A stretch of 32,593 nt of DNA from a virus. The DNA is taken from IMG/VR virus record IMGVR_UViG_3300025890_000011; one strand, 5' to 3'. A program made the translations under genes and the position numbers. This document shows positions 15,357 through 23,588 of this stretch, piece after piece. The first letter of the stretch is position 1; each line of letters begins with the position of its first letter. A model generated the notes under the pieces. The model ran no database searches, was not told where the DNA came from, and saw nothing but the letters and a program-made list of their open reading frames with translations.

Positions 15357-15369
15357 GTTAAATTAAAAA

Positions 15370-16137
15370 TTAAATTGGCACTGGTGCGTTCGTACACCTG
15401 CAATTTATTACGTTACCTGCTGAACCAGCACTATCGCCAGGGTGTGCCAACAATTCACCCATTACTACAAATTTTTCATTCATGTTTACTACTTGTCCAT
15501 TTACCTGTGCGTGTGCATTTCTTGTTCTATCATCTAATGAAGCAATCCATTGTTTTTTTAAATTTTGAGCACCAAATATATCAATTGCACTTTGATTAGT
15601 GGCAAAATTACCAGCATTTACGCTTTCTGTTCTAATTATACGTTTAGCATTAGAAACGCTTAATTGACGAAATTTCTTTCTTAACAAACGTCCTGCAGGT
15701 ACTTCATTCATTACTTGAAAATCAGGTAAAGACATGAAACGTCCTAAAACCTTAATCAACTCCTTTTTTCTGTTGCCTGATACACTAACTACCCTTTGCG
15801 CTGCAATTGTTTCACCAATAAAAGAAAATTTTTGTTGCCAAAGATCTAATTGATCATCATGAAAATTTTTAGTTAAATATTTTTTATGATTATTAGAATA
15901 CCAATTTGCCATGCGTAAACCTATATCTACATATAAATTTTTATATAAATCAATAAAATCATTTATTGCAAATAAATCATCTGTATTTTCAATTTGTCGA
16001 CTTATTAAAAAACGATCAACACCAATAAAATATTGTTTTCTTAAATATTGACTAAATATTCTTTGTTGTTTTTTTTCACCAATATCTAATTGATTGTTCC
16101 AACCTATTTGATATTTTTTTACTTGTTCTTTATTCAT
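15370..16137 (-). CDS. Minor head / head morphogenesis protein, SPP1 gp7 / Mu F-like (255 aa from the ATG at 16137)
   Basis: Pattern 'IIRTESVNAGN...KKQWIASLDDRTRNAHAQVNGQVV...VINCRCT'. The start at 16137 ('MNKEQ') is preferred over the track start at 16179, which overlaps the portal by 50 nt. Confidence 0.85.
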   Translation of the reverse strand: MNKEQVKKYQIGWNNQLDIGEKKQQRIFSQYLRKQYFIGVDRFLISRQIENTDDLFAINDFIDLYKNLYVDIGLRMANWYSNNHKKYLTKNFHDDQLDLWQQKFSFIGETIAAQRVVSVSGNRKKELIKVLGRFMSLPDFQVMNEVPAGRLLRKKFRQLSVSNAKRIIRTESVNAGNFATNQSAIDIFGAQNLKKQWIASLDDRTRNAHAQVNGQVVNMNEKFVVMGELLAHPGDSAGSAGNVINCRCTNAPVPI

Positions 16138-18352
16138 TTTCTGAAATACGTTTTGCCCATGATACCATTGATTTACCACCCCATAAATTATAAGCTACAT
16201 AACCTCTATCTCTCCATGGTTCTCCTTTAAAATCAGGATTAATTTTAGCATTTTCTTTGTGTCTTGATAAAAAACTATGAATTCTTTTTACTGTTGATAG
16301 AGATAAATTTTCTCTATTTGCTAATTGGTTTGCCCTTTGCCAACCAACAGATGTTCCACCCTTAACTACATCACGTCCATATTTTTCGCGCCAACCTAAC
16401 ATTCGTTTAGCATTGTTTGAAGCACCTTGTGGATAATTATTATAAGTTTGTTTAGTTATTAGATTTTTTTTTTTACTACTTAAAGGATGTCCACTGGGAA
16501 ATAAATCACCATCATGTTTGCCACCTCTATATTTACCTGTTCGCAACGCATATAAAAATGAATTTACTCTTGCATAAGCCCACTGATCTTCACTTGTTAC
16601 ACTTGGTCTTACTGATGATGGATTGTTTCTATATGCACCAATGCCACGATTAAAAACAGATTGTACCATTGAATAAGTTGCTTTTTTTGTTGGATTATCA
16701 CCATATTTTTCATTGTGTTCAGAAACTTTATTTTTTAAACCCCTTTCAACTGCGCTACCAGGTTTAACAGGTTTAATTTCCATTTCGTCATTTTCTCCTT
16801 TAACATCTTCACCTGTTATTTCAATATATTCTTCATGTGTTTTACATGGCATATAAATCATACCATCTTCTGTGTTATGACTATGAATTCCACTACAACC
16901 TAAATCATTTGCACGTTTTTGTGCTTCTTCTTCAGTTGTAAATACATCTTGACGAATTTCGTTTTTTATCTTATAAAATTTATTATAATCAATATCAACA
17001 CTTTTTTCTTCATTTTCATTTACAATCATATCTTCCTCTAATGGCATTAAATTCATTGGCATATAATAATTGTTTAACACTTCATTATCAGCGTCAACGC
17101 TATAACTCATTGCTTGTCTTTTCTCGTTAGGTGTTAACCACCAAGATTTACTCATTTGATCAACAACTTTATCCATTTCTTCTTGTAATTCGCTAATATT
17201 TGTATAATCAAAATCTAAATATAATTTATCACCATAAGCAGGTATTAACCATCTGTTTAATTCATCACGAATTTTATTTAGTTCAGGCATAATACAATTT
17301 TGATATAAACTTTTTTTAGCTTCGACTACATTGTTATAAGTTGAAGATTCTGTATTATTTAATAAAGTAACAGGAACAGAATAAATATTACATAAATCTT
17401 TTATACTTGCGTTGTATTGTTCTATAAGAGATAAATCACTTGCAGACATACCAAAATTTATCCATGATAATTTTTTTGGTGTTATGACTATATCACCTGC
17501 ATTTTTACTTCCTGCATAAGTATTTCTAAATTTTTCTTTTAATTGTTGCGCTTGTACTTCATTTAAATCACCCTCCTCAGACATTAAAACCCCTCTGGCA
17601 GTTTGATTTTGTAAATATTTTGCACCTGTAGTAACCGCTTCGTTGTTTGTGTCAAGAGCTCTTAACCCTGCCTTTAAAGGACTCATTCCATACAGGTGCG
17701 ATCCTGTACCATCATAGTAAGGATTAAAATCTTTTATATGACAAACATCTGCAGCTTCAATATGATACTGACCATTATAATCTAAAGTATATGATTTAAT
17801 GGGATCAAATATACCACCACTATTTATTTCTACATTTTGACTTGGCAAAACATACAATTCTTTAAATTTAGATTGATTTGGTCCTGTATCAGGTTTTATA
17901 CCATATATGTAACGATTACCAGTTAATTTACCAAAAGAGATAACTTCCTGAATCCACGCACTATAACTTTGTGCAGGATTTGGTCTTTCTAATAGTTCAT
18001 GTATATCAGTATGAGCTAATTCTGTTAAAGCGTGTTTTTGTATCATTTGCGCTTTTTGTAAACTTGCAGAAGTTTGGTAACCATACGTTAGTGATTTATA
18101 TCTTTTTAACTCATTTTCATTTTTTATTTCATAAACATTTAATGGTATAGTACAAGCAGCTTTATTTATTAAATTAATTATTGAATAAACTGTTGAATTA
18201 AATCTATATCCCTTGTTTATATAAGTGTCATCATTTTCAGGATTAAAAATTACTGATTGTCCTAAGTAATTGTATATTGCTCGATTAAATTGCGTGTTAG
18301 TTTGTTGGAAATTTTTTGATAATAATTTTCCAAACCTGTCAAGTAGTCCCAT
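16130..18352 (-). CDS. Portal protein (core aa 1-~440) with a ~300-aa C-terminal extension (740 aa)
   Basis: Phage_portal-like pattern 'LERPNPAQSYSAWIQEVISFGKLTGNRYIYG'. It lies after TerL. The extension carries three modules, described in the findings. Confidence 0.9.
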   Translation of the reverse strand: MGLLDRFGKLLSKNFQQTNTQFNRAIYNYLGQSVIFNPENDDTYINKGYRFNSTVYSIINLINKAACTIPLNVYEIKNENELKRYKSLTYGYQTSASLQKAQMIQKHALTELAHTDIHELLERPNPAQSYSAWIQEVISFGKLTGNRYIYGIKPDTGPNQSKFKELYVLPSQNVEINSGGIFDPIKSYTLDYNGQYHIEAADVCHIKDFNPYYDGTGSHLYGMSPLKAGLRALDTNNEAVTTGAKYLQNQTARGVLMSEEGDLNEVQAQQLKEKFRNTYAGSKNAGDIVITPKKLSWINFGMSASDLSLIEQYNASIKDLCNIYSVPVTLLNNTESSTYNNVVEAKKSLYQNCIMPELNKIRDELNRWLIPAYGDKLYLDFDYTNISELQEEMDKVVDQMSKSWWLTPNEKRQAMSYSVDADNEVLNNYYMPMNLMPLEEDMIVNENEEKSVDIDYNKFYKIKNEIRQDVFTTEEEAQKRANDLGCSGIHSHNTEDGMIYMPCKTHEEYIEITGEDVKGENDEMEIKPVKPGSAVERGLKNKVSEHNEKYGDNPTKKATYSMVQSVFNRGIGAYRNNPSSVRPSVTSEDQWAYARVNSFLYALRTGKYRGGKHDGDLFPSGHPLSSKKKNLITKQTYNNYPQGASNNAKRMLGWREKYGRDVVKGGTSVGWQRANQLANRENLSLSTVKRIHSFLSRHKENAKINPDFKGEPWRDRGYVAYNLWGGKSMVSWAKRISENE

Positions 18353-18371
18353 TTATAAATATTTATTTGTA

Positions 18372-18379
18372 CAAAAATA
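18372..18379 (-). promoter_or_regulatory. -7 box TATTTTTG upstream of the portal gene
   Basis: TAnnTTTG match in the 31-nt TerL-portal gap, 19 nt from the ATG. Confidence 0.4.
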
Positions 18380-18383
18380 GTAA

Positions 18384-19568
18384 TTAAATTACAAAGAAAT
18401 TTTCTGCTTTACCATAATTTGAATAAACTGCATATCGAATAGCATCCATAGCGTGATTTTCTCTATCTACAGGTTTGTTTATAATGGTACCATCTTTTAA
18501 TGTTTGCCAATAATAAGCGTTATATTCTCGTTTTATGTTTGTTGATTGATTGCTTACATAAATTTCAAACTCTTTTAATTTACTTATTCCTGCCATTACT
18601 GATCCCTGTCCTTTTACTGCAGGTTTTATTAGCATACCTAATCGTTTCATTTCTTCAATTGATTTCGGTTCAGCACTATCTGCAAAAGACAAAACATCAT
18701 TATAATTTTTTTCTTCTAATATTTCAACAATATCTTGATTTGTCAACCCTTTGCTATATAAGATTTCATGAATAAATAATTTATCATTTTGTTTAAATAC
18801 AAGAACAACTGCGGTGCTATCATTTGTATAACCATAATCAATACCTAAAACACCATCAATTGATAAATCAAACGCAGGAAATTCAGAAAAGTCAATAAAA
18901 TTCCAATTGTTAAAAATTTGTCTTGCAGTAAATATTGCTTTTAATCCTTCACCATATACTCTCCAATAATCAGGATCTCTGTTTTTCATTCTCTCTATTT
19001 CATAAACTAAATCTTTTGATAAAAATTTATTATCCTTATAGGTGGTTACCCAAGTGTCAGCGTCTTTTCTTGGTATTAAATCATTATATAACCAATGTAT
19101 TGGATCAGATGGGTTAAAATCAACAATCACTTGTTGGATAGTTCTCATATTGATTTGTCTAAAATCTTCAATTGTTAATTCATTTGCTTCATTTAAAAAA
19201 GCAATATCACGTTTTCGTCCACGTATTTTTTGTGGTTCATCAACAGATAAAAATTCAATTAAATGACCATTATAAGTAAATGTATTCTCTGCTTTGTTAT
19301 GCTGACCTAACCAATACAAACCTGTTTCGTGTAATATATTTAAAAAATCTCTTAATACTGATCCTTTTAATGCAGGTAAAGTTTTACGTATTACAGAGAT
19401 TGTAAAAGTACTTTTAGTACTTGTAATCAAATAAACTAAATATTGACAGATTGCGACTGTTTTTCCTGACCTTGTTCCTCCTTGATGGATTTTAAATCGT
19501 TTGTTTGATTTGATAAGGTCGTAAAATTGTCGGTTACATCTTTGTTCAATTGTTCTGGTGGCTTCCAT
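18384..19568 (-). CDS. terL: Terminase large subunit, PBSX/Terminase_3 type (394 aa)
   Basis: Walker A 'HQGGTRSGKT', 'AFLNEANE' (Walker B), 'DFNPSDPIHW', 'TTYKDNKFL' and the nuclease motifs 'GIDYGYTNDSTA' and 'ENHAMDAIRYAV'. Confidence 0.92.
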   Translation of the reverse strand: MEATRTIEQRCNRQFYDLIKSNKRFKIHQGGTRSGKTVAICQYLVYLITSTKSTFTISVIRKTLPALKGSVLRDFLNILHETGLYWLGQHNKAENTFTYNGHLIEFLSVDEPQKIRGRKRDIAFLNEANELTIEDFRQINMRTIQQVIVDFNPSDPIHWLYNDLIPRKDADTWVTTYKDNKFLSKDLVYEIERMKNRDPDYWRVYGEGLKAIFTARQIFNNWNFIDFSEFPAFDLSIDGVLGIDYGYTNDSTAVVLVFKQNDKLFIHEILYSKGLTNQDIVEILEEKNYNDVLSFADSAEPKSIEEMKRLGMLIKPAVKGQGSVMAGISKLKEFEIYVSNQSTNIKREYNAYYWQTLKDGTIINKPVDRENHAMDAIRYAVYSNYGKAENFFVI

Positions 19569-19912
19569 TCTATAATTGTTGATTTAACTATTCCATCGTG
19601 TTGTATTTCAGAACGTTCAATATATCCTCTTTTTTTTCCTTTTGTTTTTAAATAGAATATTGTCGCTGATGTATTACCATCTTGTATTTGTTTATGTAAT
19701 TGACTTTCTGCAAAATCAATTGCTATTTCACTTATGTCATTTACTTGATCACGAAAACTTTTGTCATCATTGTAATAATTATAAAAAGTGGTTCGTCCAA
19801 TACCAACTTGTTTACATGCACTTGTTACCACGCCTAATGATTTTTCTAACGCAACAATAATTGCTTTTTTATGTTGTTCAATTTTGTTTACTTTTGGTTT
19901 CTTTTTTGACAT
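19436..19912 (-). CDS. terS: Terminase small subunit (HTH; 158 aa)
   Basis: HTH 'VTSACKQVGIGRTTFYNY' and 'ATIFYLKTKGKKRGY', typical of TerS. It lies immediately upstream of TerL. Its 3' end overlaps TerL by 133 nt. Confidence 0.7.
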   Translation of the reverse strand: MSKKKPKVNKIEQHKKAIIVALEKSLGVVTSACKQVGIGRTTFYNYYNDDKSFRDQVNDISEIAIDFAESQLHKQIQDGNTSATIFYLKTKGKKRGYIERSEIQHDGIVKSTIIEWKPPEQLNKDVTDNFTTLSNQTNDLKSIKEEQGQEKQSQSVNI

Positions 19913-21227
19913 ATTTATCCAACATTAAATTATAATTAAAATTTTCTTGATCAAGCACTAATTTAATTTTTGTATTGTTAAATGCCTGAGCAGATAATTT
20001 TATTGAATGTAAAAATAACTTAAATTCTTTAAAATTAATTTCATTTTTATTTAAATAGTTCTTAATTTGTTTGGCTTTTCTTCTATCTTTTACGTGATCA
20101 AGTACATTTTCTCTTTCGTCAGGTAGAGATAATAACAATTTTTGAAAATTTTTAACATGATTACTAAGCATTAATTTTTTCTTTGTTGTGTGTTTAAATT
20201 CTCTAATGTTATTTGCTAATATATCTTCTAACATTTTTTCTTGCTCAATTTCATTATCAAACAAATATTTATATTTTTCGCCTAACAATTCAGGAAACGT
20301 GCAACGTCTTGGTGCCACTATGACTTGATCATGAACAATACTTTCTGCCAAACTAATACAATAAGTTTCGTGTTGTGAGTTTATTACGTTTGCATGACAT
20401 TTAGATAATTCAATTAAATATTCTTCATGATTGTTAAAGGTTTTTACAATTACAAATGGATATTTTACTATAGTGCTCATGTTTTCATTGTTACCTGTTA
20501 CAATAACTTTAAAATCATGTTTTTTAGATAAACGTTCAAATATTTCAAAAGTAATTTTCCAATTTTTATATCCTTGTAATCTGTGATTGTATATAAATGT
20601 AAATTGATCGTGTTTAGAAGTTTTAAGTTGTTTTTCTACATAACCACCTGTTAAAGTTGTGCAACTTTGCGAAAGTTTTGAAACTTCATTAGAAGTTAGA
20701 ACTTTTTCAATTTCTTCTTGAAACATTTGTCGGCACCATTTGCTATGGAAATAATTTAAATCAACCAACATTGAACCAACAATTTGATCTAATTTTATAT
20801 GTGGACATGTAGCGTAATAGGTTGATGGTAAACTATCATGTATAACATAATGGTGATAATTCAATACTTTCCATCTATAATCGTAAGTGTCTTGAAAAAA
20901 TTTTAAATGATGTCCTTGTTCTACTACATTATTCCACCAAATATCTATTTGATATTTATTAGACAATTGTTTTATAATGTTAGAATTAAAATGTATTACT
21001 TGTTCTTTTTTTGATTTCGGAAAAGGAACATAAATGACATTTATATTTTCATCTAAATCATCTTTATAATATTTTCTATTTTTATCAAGTAATAAAAAAA
21101 AATTAAAACGTTTGTTTTTAACTAATTCATTACATAATTTTTTTACGATTACGTAATTACTATCTTTATTAATAATGTCCACTGAGAACATTAAATACAC
21201 AAAAACATTTAAGACATTATTTTGCAT
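19878..21227 (-). CDS. GT-B fold glycosyltransferase (GT4-like C-half; possible DUF3524/GTDC1-like; 449 aa)
   Basis: Motifs 'FTFIYNHRLQGYKNW..FKVIVTGN' and 'NSQHETYCISLAESIVHDQVIVAPRRCTFPELLG' (E-x7-E type). The family assignment is from remembered consensus only. Confidence 0.6.
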   Translation of the reverse strand: MQNNVLNVFVYLMFSVDIINKDSNYVIVKKLCNELVKNKRFNFFLLLDKNRKYYKDDLDENINVIYVPFPKSKKEQVIHFNSNIIKQLSNKYQIDIWWNNVVEQGHHLKFFQDTYDYRWKVLNYHHYVIHDSLPSTYYATCPHIKLDQIVGSMLVDLNYFHSKWCRQMFQEEIEKVLTSNEVSKLSQSCTTLTGGYVEKQLKTSKHDQFTFIYNHRLQGYKNWKITFEIFERLSKKHDFKVIVTGNNENMSTIVKYPFVIVKTFNNHEEYLIELSKCHANVINSQHETYCISLAESIVHDQVIVAPRRCTFPELLGEKYKYLFDNEIEQEKMLEDILANNIREFKHTTKKKLMLSNHVKNFQKLLLSLPDERENVLDHVKDRRKAKQIKNYLNKNEINFKEFKLFLHSIKLSAQAFNNTKIKLVLDQENFNYNLMLDKYVKKETKSKQN

Positions 21228-21730
21228 TTAATACTTTTATCATTTGTTAGTTTATCTAAATCTTTTTTAATTTGAATATGTTTTTGTTTACTCATTTTTA
21301 ATTCAATTGTAACATCATTTTCTAATTGATCATTATTAAAAAAATCATCTTCGTCAAAAACCTCATCAAATTCAGAAACAAGACCCCAATCAACTAAATC
21401 TTGTCTATCCCATTCGTTACCTAAAATATCCCAATCCCAATCTCCAAAGTTTGAATTATCTTTTATTATAAATTCTTTTTTTTGTTGTTCTGACCAACCT
21501 TTAATCTGAAAAACATGAATCTCTGTATAACCTAATTCTTTATATGCTTTAAAACGCATGTTTCCACCAAGTATTATATTATTTTCATCTATTACTATCG
21601 GTCTTGCGCTTAACATTTCAGGAAAAGTTCTGCAACTTTCCAACAACTTTTCATATTTTCCTTTATTTATTATTCTTGGATTGTTGACGTTTTCTTTAAT
21701 TTTATCTACGTCTAATTTTAATTTATTCAT
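21209..21730 (-). CDS. ParB/Srx N-terminal-domain protein (173 aa)
   Basis: Pattern 'NPRIINKGKYEKLLESCRTF..ARPIVIDENNIILGGNMRFKAYKELGYTEIHV', followed by a Trp/Asp-rich tail 'GDWDWDILGNEWDRQDLVDWGL'. Confidence 0.75.
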   Translation of the reverse strand: MNKLKLDVDKIKENVNNPRIINKGKYEKLLESCRTFPEMLSARPIVIDENNIILGGNMRFKAYKELGYTEIHVFQIKGWSEQQKKEFIIKDNSNFGDWDWDILGNEWDRQDLVDWGLVSEFDEVFDEDDFFNNDQLENDVTIELKMSKQKHIQIKKDLDKLTNDKSIKCKIMS

Positions 21731-21887
21731 TTGTATACCAATTAATATTAATCATTATGATAAAAAAAGCAATTTGTAAAGTGTGCCTCATATCATCTGC
21801 TATTGTTTGTACTTCTTCAATTTCTTCATTTGAGTAGTATATTCCTATGCCAATGCCATAAATATATGTAATAGAGAAGTCATACAT
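21723..21887 (-). CDS. Small hydrophobic ORF (54 aa; not in the ORF track)
   Basis: Sequence: 'MYDFSITYIYGIGIGIYYSNEEIEEVQTIADDMRHTLQIAFFIIMININWYTNE'. It fills the primase-ParB gap and overlaps the ParB start by 8 nt. Confidence 0.3.
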   Translation of the reverse strand: MYDFSITYIYGIGIGIYYSNEEIEEVQTIADDMRHTLQIAFFIIMININWYTNE

Positions 21888-21914
21888 AAAAAATTTTTTA
21901 TAAAGATAAAAAAA

Positions 21915-23588
21915 TTAAAATGGAATATCATCTTTTATAACTTCAAAACGTTGTTTTTCTTTGTCAATTGGTTTATAGACACCACCATTTCTATAATCAG
22001 GCGCTATCATAAAATCACCCTGTGAACCATTTTCTTTACGTTTTACTTTTTGAACATATACAGAAACGCTATCACTTTCAAATATTGTTCTTTGACCTAA
22101 ATTTCTATATACTGTTATACAATTATACGCTTTATTGAAAAAATCACTTGACATAGAAATGTCATAAGGATTAGGGACTCGATATTTTCCTTCTACGCTT
22201 TCCATTTTACGTGGGTGTGCTACAAGAAATAAGTGTGTATTTGTTTGTTGGCAAAATTGCGTAATCTCTGAAAGTAATTTACCAACATAAGTAAAATCTT
22301 TTTGTTGTGAATGATCAAGCATGTTCCAGGGATCAATGACGCATATTTGGATACCTTTTTGAAACACTAATTGTTTAAATGCTTCTAATATACCTTTTAA
22401 CGTTAAATTTTCTAAATCAATTTTGACAAAGAAAAAATGTTCTTCTATAAATGTTTTGGATTTATTTAAAATTTCATTATTACAATTTGTGGCGTTTAAT
22501 TTATTTGCTATTCTTTTAATATGTGCTTCGTATGGAAAAGATTCAGGACTAAACATTCCTATCCGAAAATCTTGGTCGATTGCAAGATTAACACATATTT
22601 GGTCGATGACGTCGCTTTTTCCTGCATTTGGAATGCCTGTGCAGACAGTCCATTCTCCAAAGCTAATATTATAATACTCTCCACTGTTTCCCAATCCGAC
22701 ATTATAATTTTGGACTCCATTTTCATTGTAATTTAAAACGTTCTCCCAAATATCGTCAATATTTAGAATACCCTCAATAGGAAAGCTTTTTCTTTTTTCA
22801 ATTACATTTTTTAAACCACTCGTTCCTAATTTTAAATATAAATCATTTGCGTCTTTAAATTCACCAAAATCAACGTAACTGCATTTTCCTTGACCTAAAC
22901 GTCTTGCTAATTCATTACGTAAGAATAAACCTGGTTGATCGTTATCTGTACATAAAACAATTTCCTTTTTATTAGTAAAATAATCCCAACAATTATCAAG
23001 ATATTCTAATTTTTGCTTTCCTAAATTTGCACCATTTGGTACTGAACATACAGAATATATTCCTGCTTCATGAAAAGTCAAAGCGTCAATTTCTCCTTCA
23101 ACAATATATATTTTTTCCATTTCTTTAATATTGTCAAGCCCATAAAATATTAATTCACCACTTTTAAATAGTTTAAAATTTTTCTTGTTATCTCTATACT
23201 TTATGTTAATTAATTCACCATTTCGATAATAATTAAAATTAATAGCAGTTTTTATTTCATTCGATTGTGGAAAATATTCACGACTTTCAGTTACTTTCCA
23301 ATTTATTAGGGTTGTTTTACCAATACCACGTTTTTTAAACCATTTCAATATATCATCTGATAAATCAATTTTGATTGGAACAGGTTTTATATATTCTTTT
23401 TTTTCATACAAATTAACATTACCACTCCACCCGCAGTGATGACAGTTATATAATCCTTTATCAGTATTAATCGATAAACATTTTATATTTTTCTTTTTAC
23501 GAGTGTGACTACATTTTGGACAAAGCATTGTAAATTCACCTGTTTTGTTTTTTATATCAATGCCTAAATTTGCAAATTTTTCGATCAT
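21915..23588 (-). CDS. Bifunctional DNA primase-helicase (T7 gp4-like; 557 aa)
   Basis: Zinc ribbon 'CPKCSH..(N)..CHHCGWSG', TOPRIM 'IYIVEGEIDALTF' and 'CTDNDQPG', Walker A 'GIPNAGKSD', and 'LFLVAHPRK'. Confidence 0.9.
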   Translation of the reverse strand: MIEKFANLGIDIKNKTGEFTMLCPKCSHTRKKKNIKCLSINTDKGLYNCHHCGWSGNVNLYEKKEYIKPVPIKIDLSDDILKWFKKRGIGKTTLINWKVTESREYFPQSNEIKTAINFNYYRNGELINIKYRDNKKNFKLFKSGELIFYGLDNIKEMEKIYIVEGEIDALTFHEAGIYSVCSVPNGANLGKQKLEYLDNCWDYFTNKKEIVLCTDNDQPGLFLRNELARRLGQGKCSYVDFGEFKDANDLYLKLGTSGLKNVIEKRKSFPIEGILNIDDIWENVLNYNENGVQNYNVGLGNSGEYYNISFGEWTVCTGIPNAGKSDVIDQICVNLAIDQDFRIGMFSPESFPYEAHIKRIANKLNATNCNNEILNKSKTFIEEHFFFVKIDLENLTLKGILEAFKQLVFQKGIQICVIDPWNMLDHSQQKDFTYVGKLLSEITQFCQQTNTHLFLVAHPRKMESVEGKYRVPNPYDISMSSDFFNKAYNCITVYRNLGQRTIFESDSVSVYVQKVKRKENGSQGDFMIAPDYRNGGVYKPIDKEKQRFEVIKDDIPF

